The translations under genes and the position numbers were made by a program. Below are positions 1 through 22,534 of a stretch of DNA of 64,000 nucleotides, in pieces (position 1 is the first letter of the stretch; each line of letters opens with the position of its first letter). The notes beneath the pieces were generated by a model that was not told where the DNA came from, ran no database searches, and saw only the letters and a program-made list of their open reading frames with translations. The DNA is from the human T2T-CHM13v2.0 reference genome, Homo sapiens. The DNA lies in NCBI RefSeq assembly GCF_009914755.1, contig NC_060932.1. One strand, written 5' to 3'.

Positions 1-2745
<2,745 letters not shown>

Positions 2746-3435
2746 AATCACTGAAAAAGACTTTCTACACGTGTCAAAAACATTTTTAGCCAAAACTTGT
2801 AACTACAAAAAGCATGCCTCACATTTCGTGGTACTTCAAACTTTAAAAAGACGTATTCAGAAATAAATCAACATGAATACAGAAGTTGTTAAAACAGTAT
2901 TATAATCATAAATGGGTCGTTTAAGTTTTTTACTGAAGCAATAGTTTTCACTAAATTTTACCTAAATTGAAAAAATAGAATAAACACTGTCAGAATATAT
3001 ATTGAATTAAAAATGACTAAATATTTTTATGTTTCTGTCAGTATATGGAATTTTTCTTAAAGGCGGTCAATAAATAAAATTCTGTTTATTTAAAAGAAAA
3101 AAAGAAACAGATCCAGACCTATTTAGAATTAAACGGCCATGATATCTGCAGTTTATTATCTGTGGTTCAGCAATATAATAATATCAGTAGCCACAGTGAC
3201 CACAACTATATATATATATATATAGTTCATGAATCTGGCATGTTTTCTATAAGTCTGAAAGAATTTCAAAAAAAAAATGTTGAGGCAGAGCAGCTACCTG
3301 AGGTAGCCACCAAACCTACGTGCAGAGATCAGAAGAACACAAATACAGTAAACGTGCTGAGGGCCAGGGGCAGCTGTTCAGAGTTGCTGTTCTCTGCTGT
3401 CTGCTTTGGTGTTCCAGAAGGGTGTGGCCCCAGTA

Positions 3436-3605
3436 TTAGCTTGGCATGGTGGCGTACACCTGTAGTCCCAGCTGCTCCAAGAGGCTGAGGCAGGAAGATA
3501 GTTTGAGCCCATGAGTTCAAGGCTGTAGTGAAGTATGATCCTGCACTCCACTCCAGCCTGGGCAACATAGTGAGACCCTGTCTCTTAAAAAAAAGAAAAA
3601 GAAAA
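3436..3605 (+). mobile_element. Alu right monomer (FRAM/AluJ-like)
   Basis: Alu right-arm motifs followed by an A tail. Confidence 0.85.
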
Positions 3606-4753
3606 CCAGCCAATATTGAACCTTTTGTTTTTACAGTGATCCTATGCCGAGGTCTCTAACCACACAGCAACCTACAATGATGTGAGAAGGAGCCAGGCCC
3701 CAGAAGGCCAGGCAGTACAGGAGGAACGAGGTGACGCTGTCTTATGGTTAACCATGTGACACTACCTGTGGATAGTGCCCAGGTCTCTCACTCCCCAACC
3801 TGAAAAGAGAAGCCTGCATAACTAGACCCCTGTGCATCAGATTCACCCCTTCCCTGTGCTACATGTGAAAAAGCTGGGTGGACATGATGTGCCAAGAATG
3901 GCCCAGGCTGTTCTCTAGTAGCAAACTCCCAACCTACATACCATGTCTTTAGTGCATGGTATGACTCTCCCCTGATTTCCATCTGCCAGACACAGACGTG
4001 GCCTGGACTGCACCTACACATAATTTTATTCTTCCCAAGGTATAAGACCAGTATCTGGCAAGCAGGCAGGCTTCTCACAAAGGCCATTTCCTCTACGGAG
4101 GGGTTGGTTTTGAAAATCAGCCAGGTCTCTCATCCCCAAGAAACAGATAAACCATGGTGCATTTTAGCCCTAATGAATTCACTTCTTGCACCCTGCTGAT
4201 TGTAAATCAGTGATTAGCATGGAATACCAAATTATTAGTGACAAATGAGTGCCTTGTCATAGACTTCCTCCAGAATGACTCTTTGGTTCCTTTTCTTTTC
4301 CATTTTCACTGCTGCCCTTTTACCTCTTCTCTGAATCATTGCAATGGCCTTTAGCTGGTTACCTGCCTACTTCTGGGCCCTTCTTTTCTCAAGCCATTTT
4401 TGGTCCTCCTTTGTGTGTTGTCACAGCTATTATGTAAATTTAGGAAGCATACGTCTGGCCGTATTGCTCGTCTGTTCAGAAATCTTAGATGGTTCCTTGA
4501 GATGTATGTTAGAGCCGGCTTCTCAGTATACAAGTTTTCCTTCATGCAGCTTCTCCAAGTGCATTTTCTGTTGTTCTGCCATTCATTCTTTGGCCCAATT
4601 AATGAACTAACTCAATATTCCTGGTATTTCCACCCTCATTGTGCCTGGAGTATCTTGACTGTTCATTTAAGACATCTCAAATTCTACTTCCCAATGAAGT
4701 CTCTACTGATACCTTCCAGCTGGATGGGCTTTCTCTAGTGTTTGAGCCATTGG

Positions 4754-4772
4754 AGAGAGAGAGAGAGAGAGA

Positions 4773-4814
<42 letters not shown>
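4754..4814. repeat. (GA)n(GT)n compound microsatellite
   Basis: Read directly. Confidence 0.97.
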
Positions 4815-4816
<2 letters not shown>

Positions 4817-5764
4817 AAATAGAACTTCGCAGATAGCACCTGTCATATTCTGCTAATGCAAGGGTTATACATAGGTTTGTTCTATCTTTCTGCTTTGGAG
4901 ACTGCTAGCTCCTTAAGAGCAGAAACAATGAATATGGTATGGTGCCATACACAGGACAGATTTCCAGTAATAGAATTTGTTATAATTTGGAATGACATTG
5001 TGGAAAAACTCATATATTCCATATAGGTTTGATGTTATTATCGTTAAACCTGCTACCAATAAGAAACCCAGAGTTAATGCCACAAATACCATTATTATTT
5101 TAATATATTAAACAGGTTTTAAAATTTATTTTCCAGAAAACATTTAAGAAAGGAAATTAATGCTGTGGGACTCCAAAAATAGGATGTCTTTCAAGTATTG
5201 TGCTTTGTTTTTTAACACTTCAGGATCAAATATGAAAATGTTAAATGTAGATTTTTAAATTTTTAAAGCCTACTTATTTTTCAGTAACACCCTGAAAGAA
5301 GAATTGCAAACCCTGATGGCTGCTGTTGTCCTGGTGATCAGAGCAGAGGTCTGGAGCCTGGGAGAGGCCCAGCAGCCTGGAGTGGTAGCAGCAGGGCTTA
5401 GATGATGAGAAAATCTTACTGTTTTTTCTCGTTCTGTCATAGGACTTGAAAATGTTCCATCTAGTGACAATTCTTTAAGAATACTTTTGCATCCAGGAGT
5501 TGATAGATTTTGAAGGTTTTGGGTTTTTTATATTATTATTATAGTAAGACTCTGGTCCCTTAGGAGCTGGATATTTACTATCTAGAATGAATAAACGCTT
5601 CCCCCATCCCAAGTTAACACAAAGCTTTATTTTTTATTAAATAGAGCATCCCTTTAAAACAATTTTATGTTCCCTTCAAAAAGCATAAGGGGGAGAGCAA
5701 ATTATGGAAGGTTTCATTGCCTCCTTCCCTCCCTCCTTCCTTCTTTTCTCCTTCCCCTCACCTC

Positions 5765-6023
5765 CCCAGGCTGGAATGCAGTGGCACAGTTATACCTCAC
5801 TGCAGCCTCCAACTCCTGGGCTTAAGCGATCCTCCTGCCTCAGCCTCTTTTGTAGCTGGGACTCCACCCATGTGCCACCATGCCTGGCTAGTTTTTAAAT
5901 TTTTCATGGAAATGGGGGTGTCTATGTTGCCCAGGCTGGTCTTGAACTCCTGGGCTCAAGTAATCCTCCTGCCTCAGCCTCCTAATTAGCTGGGACTACA
6001 AGTGTAAGCCACCATGCCTGGCC
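5765..6023 (-). mobile_element. AluJ-like
   Basis: Diverged dimeric Alu, antisense. Confidence 0.88.
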
Positions 6024-6027
6024 TAGA

Positions 6028-6142
6028 ATTTTTTTTTTTTTTAAAGACAGGGTCTCACTCTGTTGCCCAGGCTGGAGTACAGTGGCACCATCACAGCTCA
6101 CTGCAGCCTTGACCTCCCCAGGCTCAGACAATCCTCCCACCT
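6028..6142 (-). mobile_element. Partial Alu (3' part)
   Basis: T tract followed by gacagggtctcactctgttgcccaggctggag. Confidence 0.85.
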
Positions 6143-7139
6143 CATTTTTGAGAAATAACATTTTTCAAATACAGTGTCAATGAAAATAGAAATAAATATT
6201 AGTGTAAATAAATATTTTAAAAATTACACTGAATGAACGGTTTGTTTATACTTTCAGATTTCATATTGATTGAATTTACAGGATTTATAAATCACAATGT
6301 AGTCTCTGATTTGATCAGAAACAATACGGCTTAGGATACTAGATTTTACAAGGCTTTTGTGAGGATCAAATGAGATTATATATCTGAAAGTCTTTCACAA
6401 ACTGTGAAGTACAAGTGTTTCTAGTAAGTGGCATGCCACTTTGTATTGCTTTTACTATGGCTATTAGGATGTGAGATTGAGACCTTCCTCCTCCCCTCTT
6501 GAAAGCAAGGGAGACTTCCCATCTCTAAGGATTTCTTTCACTCTCACTCAGCTTGCCCTGCTAGTTCTTAGGAGTGAAGTGAGATACTTCTTATTTTTCA
6601 ATCCATCTATGAAAAATTTATGCATCTTTTAGTAGGGTGTTCATTTGCATGATTTATTTATGTTTTCACCCCAGTGAAGGGGAAGTGGTATAGGGCTACA
6701 GGTGACTTTTGTAATGTTCTCCATTCATAAGACAGGGCCACCCCAGTGAGTCTTTTGAGTTGTAACCAACTCTATTTCAGTGACAGTATTTTTGTAAAGT
6801 TACTGTTTGGAAACTTATCTTGTTATCTTGTATGTGTATTGCATAGACCAAGAATCTGATTGAAATAACATGGCAACAATATTGCCACCAAGAACATGCA
6901 TTTTAACCACAGCACCCTTCTATTGCATAGTGCACATGTCCAGGAATTGAGCTGGCTTTTACTAAATGAATATTTTGTTCACTTGTATCCAGATCACTTG
7001 GGACTGTGGGCACACTGGGAATTTCACCTCAGTCTTTGTCTCCTTGTCCTCTGAGATGGTACAAGTATCATCTAAAAGGATGTATAAAACAGGTATATGA
7101 GAGCTGCTTTACCCCCTCCCACCCAAAAAAAAAAAAAGA

Positions 7140-9400
7140 TATAATTAACATAGTATACAATTCTTCATTTTAAAATGTATAGTTAAGTGGTTTTTTATAT
7201 ACTCACAGAGTTGTACAACCATGAGAATGTTTTCATTACCCCGAATAGAAACCCTGTACCCATTAGCTACTACTTTTCATTCCAGCTTATCTATTTTTTT
7301 ATTTTTGTCACGTGTCCTTTTGGTATCATATCTAAGGAGCCATTGCCTGGTCCGAGGTTTCAAATATTTGCTCCAATTTTTTCTTTCAAGACTTTCATAG
7401 TTTTAGCTCTTCCTTTTAGATCTGTAATCTATTTTGAGTTAATTTTTGTGTATGATGTAAAAAGGGGTTCAAAATCATTCTTTTGCCTGAGAATATCCAG
7501 TTCTAGCACCATTTTTGAAAATATAACTTTCTTCTTCTTCAATTTTCTTGGCACTCTTGTTGAAAATCAATTCACTGTAAGTTCAAGGATCAATTCTTTC
7601 CCATTGATTTATATTTCTGTCCTTATGCCACTATTGACTTTAGGTCTATGTACCATCCCGTCAAGTGTTTTTTGATACTATTGTAAATGAAATTTTTGTT
7701 TTTAATTTCATTTTCATATTGTCTGATCATATAGAAATACAATTTAAATTTAAGATAAATACAATTAATTTTTGTATATTGATCTTGTATCATATAAACT
7801 TGTTAAACTCATTTATTACTCATAACAGTTTTTTTAAGATTCTTTATTATATACAAGATTACGTCATCTGCTAATAGGGAGTTTTACTTCTTGCTTTTCA
7901 ATCAGGATGCCTTTATTTATTCCCCCCTTGCCTCATTTCCCTGACTGGAACCTCTAGTACAATGTCGAATAGAAGTGTCAGAGCAGACATCTTTGTCCTT
8001 TTGTGGATCTTAGGGGGAAAGTGTTCAGGGAAAGCATTCACCATTAAGTCTGATGTTAGTTGTAGGGCTTTTGTGGATGCTGTTTGTCAGTTTGAGGAAG
8101 TTGTCTTGTATTTCTGAAGTTCTTGAGTGTTTTCATCATGAACATGTATTAAATTTAGTAAAATGCTTTTTCTGTGTCTATTTAGATGATTATGTCACTT
8201 TTTTTCTTTAGTGAGATGATTCTGTTACATTAATTGAGTTTCAAGTGGTAAAGCAACCTATGATTCGTGGTATAAATCTCATTTAGTTGTGGTATATAAT
8301 CCGTTTTATGTGTTGCTGGATTTGGTTTGCTCACATTTTGTGAGAGTTTTTGCATATATACTCATAAGAGATATGGGTCTGGAATTTTCTTGTGATGTCT
8401 TTTATTTTGGTGTGAGAGTAATACTATTGACCTCATAGAATGAATTCCCTACTCTTTTTTTTTTTTTTTTTTGAGTTTGTAAAAGATTGTTATGAATTTC
8501 TCTTTAAACATTTGGTAGAATTCACCACTGAAACTATCTGGGCCTATGTTTGTTTGTTTGTTTGTTTGTTTGTTTGTTTGTCAGAAGTTTTAAGTTACTG
8601 ACTTAATTTCTTTATTTGTAATAGATTTATTCAGATTTTTAATTTCTACCTGTCAGTTTTGGGAGTTTGTGCCTTTCTAGAAGTTTGTCCATTTTACTTC
8701 CATTTTCTCATTTGTTGGCTTACGGTTGCTCAGTTTATTTCCTTTTAGTGTGCTATAGAATCCCTTTGCTTTCTGTAAGCTTGGTAGTGCTTCCTCTCTT
8801 TCGATTCTGATTTTCACAATTTGAGCCTTCTCTCATTTTTTCTTGGTCACCCTAGCTAATAGTTTGTTGATTTTGTTGGTCTTTTCAAACAACCATCTTT
8901 TGGTTTCATTGGTTTCCTTTATTGTTTTCTATTCTCTATTTCATGTATTTCTGCTTAATCTTTGTTATTTTCTTCCTGTGCGTGCTTTGGGTTTTGTTTT
9001 TTCTTATTTTTCTGGTTTCTTAAGATGAAAGTTTTTGTTGATTTGAGGTCTGTCTTTTTTAATACAGTCATTCACAAATATAAATACTCTTCTAAGCACT
9101 GCTTTAGCTTGATGTCATAAGTTGTGCTTTGTTGTATTTTCCTTTTCATTAATCTCAAAGTATTTTCTAATGTCCCTGTGATTGCTTCATTGGCCTATTG
9201 GTTATTTAGGGGTGTGTCATTTAAGTTCCACATCTTTGTGAATTTTCCAAATTTCTTAGTGCTGTTGATTTCAAATTTCATTTCGCCGTGGTCAAATAAG
9301 ATACCTTGCATGACTTCCATCATTTTGAATTTACTGAGCATATGGTCTGTTTGGGAGAATGTCTATGTGCACTTAAAAGGAATAAGCTTTTTACAACTTT
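7140..9400 (-). mobile_element. Old L1M fragments (ORF2 and 3' region)
   Basis: T-rich, degenerate antisense L1 ORF2 motifs such as tcatctgctaatagg and tggtagaattcacc. Confidence 0.8.
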
Positions 9401-11280
9401 TCATTTAGCATAACCATAGCTTTTAATTTTGCTTGATTTTTTTTGGTAAGGCTTGATGGAATTATTAGTTCTACAAGGGTAAAGGGTTTAGTTTAAATTG
9501 ACATTGCATGTAAATATAGTGTTTTAGAGGGCTTGGAGTATCTGTCTACAGTCCATCTGGTCTTTCGACAGCTGTTGTCAGGCATCACTCTAAAGACAGG
9601 CTAGCAAGGAAACTACCTAAGGCAGAGTCTTCATGTGGAGAGCCTGTTCATTATGTTAGTTTAACAAAGGGAATTGTGGCAGTTACATACAGTGCTTCGT
9701 TGCTGAAAGAAGGCATGCATTTGCACAGCAGAGTTATTTAGAGGTACCCAAAGAGGAGCGGGTAAGCAAGGTGAGCACTGCTTTCTTTTCTGAATTGACT
9801 ATAACATCAATACAAACATAATGTCAAGAATTAACTGTAACTTTCAATGTTGAAACAAAGAAAAAGACCGATGTGTGTTTTCTTATAAGACTGGAGGACA
9901 GATGATGCCTCTCTCTCTCTGTCTCTCTTTCTCTCCCTTGTTTTGGCAGTGATAGGCCAAAGGGAAGCACATTGTTGGCCAGTTGATCTAAAAGTTCCTT
10001 TGCATCATTCTGGTAATGAGCAACAAAGGCACTTATTGGCAAACGTTCCATCTTGAATAACTGAGGTCAGCAGTTTCTTTATCAAAGCAACCCAGGTTAA
10101 ATATGCTCTTTTATGATCTAACACACTGTAATAATCAAATCACCATTTTTAAAAGCAACCCAGAACATTATTGAAAAATAGCTTTTTTGTTTTAAAATAA
10201 AGCAGTAATACAAAACAATGCTTAAGTTATGAGTTACAATGAATGCTTTCAGTGTTTATGACCTTCCCAGATAGTCTCTAGGAAGATTGTCTGTATTCTG
10301 ACTATAAAAATAGGACCAGGATGAAGTTTTTTTGACTGTTACTGCTGGTATATCCTAGATACTCTGTGCTATTTTCTGGGCTTTTCCTTTGCTGCCTAAG
10401 GGAGAGAATATCACATCTATCAGGTCAAGACTTGTACATTTGCCACACCAACTTAGACCTAACATGTTTGCATTTATGTTCAACCAGTCCATATTGTATG
10501 ATATACTCCATTGTCTTTGCTATAAAAGAAAGGCATAATGTTAAGAATATCTTTTATATCTATATTGAGTAATTGCCGTGCCCTTACTTAGCTGGTTCAT
10601 TTTGATCCCAAATTCAGTGTTTCTTCATTTAGCTTTTTGATGACGTACTGAATAAACAGTGTCGCAATATGTACCTATTTTGCTCATTTAAGAAAATATT
10701 TGTAATCACTACCACGAGGGTTTTTCATTACCATCTAGAAGCAAAGACCTCTGTTTTCCTTCAGTTAACTTTCAGTATCAGAAATTCTAACTGTTTAGCA
10801 AAAGAAACCATAAAAACCATTTATGTGGATCAGTGAGCCTTTACTGCTGTCTGCCCAGGAGGAACTCAATAAATGCCTCTTGACTGATGGAAAATTGCTT
10901 TGGTAATACTAAGCAGAGAAAATATGAAGAGTACGTAACACATTGCTTGATGCATGGTTCTTGGCTGTACTGCACTGACATGTAACTAATGACAGAAGTT
11001 CATGCAAAGTCTATGACTGTCAGACTTTTAGAATATAGACTGGTATCATCCAAATGACGGATGTATGTTTGCACCAGTGTTGGCTCAGACAGTTTCTTAG
11101 AGCTTTGGGGTTTCCTCTAAAATATAGTTCCACCCCAGGCTCTCTCCTGTCAAGCAGACTTGAATCCCTGGAATGGCTCTAGAACCACTTTGGCTTCATT
11201 AAAACATTTGAACTACTTGTGGACAATTGAGCACCATGACTTTCAGAAGTAGAGACCATCAAATGATACGGCAGCATTTC

Positions 11281-11377
11281 TTTTTTTTTTTTTTTACCCT
11301 TGATTTTTGTTGTTTTATTTTGTTTACTAGACTCATTTAGCCATCTGTGGAAAATTTTTCCAGGAACACAGCCATAA
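11281..11377 (-). other. L1 3' transduction (82 bp) with its own poly(A)
   Basis: Non-L1 sequence 11296-11377 between the L1 tail and a T15 tract, inside the TSD pair; minus-strand AATAAA at 11314-11319. Confidence 0.8.
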
Positions 11378-17478
<6,101 letters not shown>

Positions 17479-18349
17479 TACAGCAGCATTTCAACTGCAC
17501 TGATCTGTGGTCATCTAGTGACAACACTAGCAGTGCCACCCGGGCTTCCCTACTAAGGATATTAGTGTTCACTCTCTCCGAACCGTTACCTTTTGTGAAT
17601 TTTTTTCCGTCACTTCTCAACCATAAGTATACTTAGCCTATATCTTGGGCATAATTTCAGTGTATGTAATTCCATTATTTTTGAGTATTGCCCTCCTGGC
17701 ACATTGAATGTATCTTCTGACTCATCATTTTCTGAATCTTAAACTATAAAATGGAAAATTATGCCTTCTGTAGATGTTTCTATACTTTCTCAAACCATTT
17801 CTGCGTGTATAGTACCTCCTTTGTTTCTTGTAATGCTACAAGAGTTGAGAGCTCAGTTGCAGATGACAGAATCCAGGCGAGGCTTTCTAAGCAGAACATG
17901 TTTGGCTGCTTCCTACCCACCTGGAAGTAACACAGGGAGGAGGGCAGCTACTAGACAGTTCAGCACAAATGCTGCTATTTCAGCTGCATGTTTGTGTGTT
18001 CTGTGTCAACATAAACCCCCCTTACATTTCCAAACAACAGCAGCAACAATTTATTTACACCATCATACAGCTCTCCCGTATAGAAATAATGAGGGTCTCA
18101 CTCTACCTAGAGGGCAGTCCCAAAATCTCGTTTGTTTCTGCAGTTGGTTCCACCAGTGCAGGTTCTCAGGGTGATCGTTCTTTCTTTCTCTAATTTAGGC
18201 AGTGTTCTGTCTTAGAATTCTGGGATCCTGTAACCTATAGAATGAATTGCAAGGCTAATATCACCAATAGACCCTATCTAAAACTGGGGAAATGGAGAAA
18301 GGAAATTAGTTAACATGCATAAATATATACTTGCCACACCGAGAGAGGA

Positions 18350-21280
18350 AGAAGTATGCATAATTATTAGACTTCTCATTTCTACAAGTGGTTACTACCC
18401 ATTTTGTGGTCTACATGCCCTAAAGTATCCAAATGTATTACTTAGTGGGTTTACGGACATATGCAGTGTTACTGGCAGACAGTGAAGACAAAACCAAACC
18501 TGAGTAGGCATATCTTCTAGTGAGGATAAAATGGTATCCTGTCATGATAGAAGGGATTGAGTGTAATTAACCGGTTATTATGTAGCAGGCGGTCCCTCCA
18601 AATCGATTGTTGTTCCTAGCAAGTTGACACTCCACTGTGTTGGGAAATAGCTGAGCTCTGTGCAGGGAGGCTGCCCATGTTGTACTTCTACCACTGTGGT
18701 CACTTTGCTAATGAGCCCACTAAACAACCTCTGGGCTACTGTGGAGAGAGTGAGACAAGCATTCATAGGGTGATTTATCATGTCCACCTGGTTTTTGAGA
18801 GCCTTCTCTCCAGTAAGCATTCAGATGGACACCGTATCTGTCTTACTCCTGGTTCAAGAAATCCACCCATATGCCTCTTCCCAGCCACCTGCTGCCAGCT
18901 CCTCAGTCTTCTTCCTCCTTTGTCTGTGCTGGTCAATGTAAGTTCTGATTCTTTGTGAGTAGAGGCTTGTACTGCAAGCTGTCTTTCAGTTGGGTCAGAT
19001 AGTCCATGATATGTGCCCATAAAGCGTCTTCCCAATGGTTTAGCTCAGTAGTTGCTGCTGCCCATGAATCAGTGTGATTGATACCTCATGCCATCTCTTC
19101 TGGGCAGACTGGACCCAAGACATGCCATGGGAAGCTCTGCTCCTCTGTCAGGGCCTTCTGTGAAGGAAGCTGCAAAGCTGTAACAGCCGATTTCAGCTGC
19201 TCATATCGTGTTGCTCCATCTGGATACGAGCTCCTCAGACAGCTGGTCATGCAGACTTTCCCATGAGCCCTGGTGGGGGGCTGAGGGAAGGATGGCAGGA
19301 TGCAAGAGTAGGCACATCAGTAATATAAGCTTCTTGTTGACGGAACTTAATTTTGGATGCTATTCACACCTAAATATGCTATATATATATGACTTTTACT
19401 TGAGGACACAGTATCCTGGACATGTCCTTCTCTGTAGCCCCAATACCCAGTTCATGTGGGTCCCATGGCCATGTTTTCACAGTTAACTAACATGAAATGT
19501 CAGCTGTTCATTCTCCACTAGGAGCCAGTATTAAGCCAATCTGTGTGTATCAAAAGGAAAATAGTTACTTGCTATATAGAGTATTGTGTGACCCCAAAAC
19601 CTTGGGACTTCCCACTCTTCTGTTTTGACTTCGAGTATCCCAGTTCATTGGCCACATGAGCAAGGGCAGAGTTGCTTGCCTTCCATCCTAGCCCATATGG
19701 AGGGCTTTTTCTTGGCCCACTCAATACTGGATTGAGTAATTATGGGTTACTCAGTAAATAGATCAAGGTAGTACTCAAAAGGCTACCCTGGGAGCAGACT
19801 GGAGGAATGTGTTCTCTGCCCTCCTGCAAATACTTGCCTTAACAAGCTATTCTCAGGTATTGTTACTTCTCACTAACAAATCCTATCAGCATGATGCCAT
19901 CATGTCTTGTGGGCTGGTAGGATGATTGACGTTCCTATAGACTGAGTTATGGCACAGAACCAGAATTGACACAGTGCTCAGGCAAGATGGTGAAAGCAAG
20001 TAGCTTTCTGTTTTCCTGCTATTGGGATAGGAAAACACGTACATGCAAACACATACCACTTTTGTCATATCAGTAGCTGCACACCAGATAAGGGAATGCA
20101 TTGACTTGATATACTGAGTTTGATTAACTGGAGTTTCTCCTTGATAAAGTTTGGTATAATCCACTGTCATTCTCAAAGACCTATGTGTCTTCTGCACAGG
20201 GCTGCACACACAAAAAGAGATGTGATAGGAGTCACCACCCTGAACCTTTCAAATCTTTGACAGTGGCATTAATTTTTGCAGTTCCTCTAAAAGATGCCGT
20301 GTTGCTTTCGGTTGCTATTGTGGCAGGGAAGAGAAGTTCAGAAGCTTTTCTTGAGCCCCTCGAATTCTAACAATGCTCACTGCATAGGTCAAGACACAAC
20401 TGTGGAAATTCTCCCTGTGTGTAAGTGTAGATCCCATCTGTAAACCCAGGTTCTGGCAGGTAATAATACCACAGTCTCCATTTGTATCTGACCCCCACGC
20501 AGCTTCCACCCCACCATCAGGACACAGAGGTGTTGAGTCCTCCGGGAGAATGTCCAATAAGTGCTGAGAAGTCCGGTTGTTTCTTTTTCTCCTCAAAAGT
20601 AGCTGCACATCCTTTGGGAATGGGTAGAAGAAAGACTTGTTACATGATTATGTATTATGGAAGTGTCCTTCCATTTTATATATATATATGTATATAAAAT
20701 GGAAGTGTTCTTCCTTAAAGGACCAGCCACTCCTTCAGTGAGAGGCTGTTGGACGAGAGAAGAGCGGCTATTGAGGCTGTCGTGCTGGATCCCTCTAGGC
20801 CTCTGTCACCTGCCTACAGATCAGATTAGAGTGTCTGAGGCTTTCCCACTACTCTGGCCCTACAGACCCTCTCATTAACTGTCCATTCCCAAATACCCAG
20901 CTAGCTTACACACACTTTGGCCCTTCGGCTTGTTATGTTAGCCAGATCCTCTTGCCTCTGGACACTTAGCTCTGCTACCTCAGCCATTCCTGTTCTTGTA
21001 GAAATCCGGAAGCCCTTGAGGCAGCATCTGCAATGCTGGCCGGAATTCCTGTCTGTAGCCTCTTGGGAGTGTAGTTACGAGGTGGGTAAGCAGGAGACAT
21101 GGTAGATCCCCCTAAGTCTATATTTCTACATCTGTATTTTATCAAGACATTCCTGGCATCTAGCTATTCTAGTTTCTATTACAGGGGGCTGTTAAACTAT
21201 GCAGAAGGTAGAAGTTTTAAGGTACTTGGTTTTAGGGCCCAGGAGAGTGCCACTTATAGACTGGCATTTTGGCAACTGTG
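18350..21280 (-). mobile_element. Degenerate ERVL-class internal (gag/pol) sequence
   Basis: ORF 19886-20209 PVQKTHRSLRMTVDYTKL resembles HERV-L RT PVQKTDGSWRMTVDYRKL; boundaries approximate. Confidence 0.75.
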
Positions 21281-21593
21281 ATGAACTCCCAGTTTTATAC
21301 CTTGGATATCTTTCTCTAGTAACATATTACAACATCTAACAGACAAAAAAGCAAGTCGCATAACTTTTCAGCCTACTTTCACATTTATTTTCTTACTTCC
21401 TCTTTAGATAACTGTATGGTATTCGTAAAACTAGATTCTTACAGATGAGGAAAGAAATTCAGAAAAGGTAATTAACTTTTCTGGGGCAGAACTAGGTCTA
21501 CAACGTATATCTCTTGACTTCTTGTCCTCTTTTGTTACAACACAAATACCATGGTGGCACGTGGATGTGTGCATGCGTATAATATGATGCACT

Positions 21594-21706
21594 CACACAT
21601 ACGTGACACACACACCACACATCACATACCACTTATGCACATACCACACACATGCACACACACACACACGACACACACTTAACACACATCTGTACACCAC
21701 ACACAC
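21594..21706. repeat. Degenerate (CA)n-rich repeat
   Basis: Read directly. Confidence 0.85.
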
Positions 21707-22534
21707 TCCCTATCCAGAAACTACAATTTGTGTCATGTCAAATGTTGATGCTCCTAAAAACAGCATGTATTATTAAGAAACTCAAATACAGCAATTTTTT
21801 TTGTTTGGATGAAGGTAAAATCTGCATTTCGATTTCAGCTATAATCATTACTTGCAATGTGGGGGTTTTTTTTCCTAAAAATTCTCACCTCAGAAGTTGC
21901 CCAAAACCCAACTCATGAAGGAATCTTCAGTCTCATTATTAATCAAAAAAAGTTAAATTAAAATATCTTGGCAAAATGTCTGTGTCAACTCTATGTGTAA
22001 TTATGTGTGCACACACAAATGCTGACAGAGTTACAGTGCGGAGGCTGAAATGTGTAATTGTCTTACTGAGTACAGTTCTTTTGGAAATTAGCATAGCAAT
22101 ATGTAGCAAATGTCAAAAGAAATTGCATACTTAATCTAGATGTCCATGCCTGCAAGTTTATTCCAAGGAAATTGTTTAGCATAAAAAAATTATGTGCATA
22201 AAGCATTTTTTTTTGCAATAGAACTCTTCTCTCCCTCCCAAAAATTATTTTACAGTTTTAGAGTTTCATAAAGTATGAAAGATCATAATATATTAAATAG
22301 AATGGGGAAATATTCAGTAGAGTATTTGCAAAAAAAAAACAAAATGTTGTGTATAATGTAGTTGCACAAACAGTTAACAAATATACTTGTTGAATTGTTG
22401 ATAGAGTCTAGGAAGTTACAAGTGAAAAATTGTATAAGAATTATGTGTATGTTTGGAATTTTTTGCAATAATTACAATCTTCAGTTTCTATGTCTATATA
22501 ATATTTCTTTTTAGTGAAAATACATCCACTACTT

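Noticed and set aside
3637-3730. Plus-strand exon-like segment after ttttgtttttacag
   Set aside because: No recognisable product or partner exons; could be a lncRNA exon but unsupported
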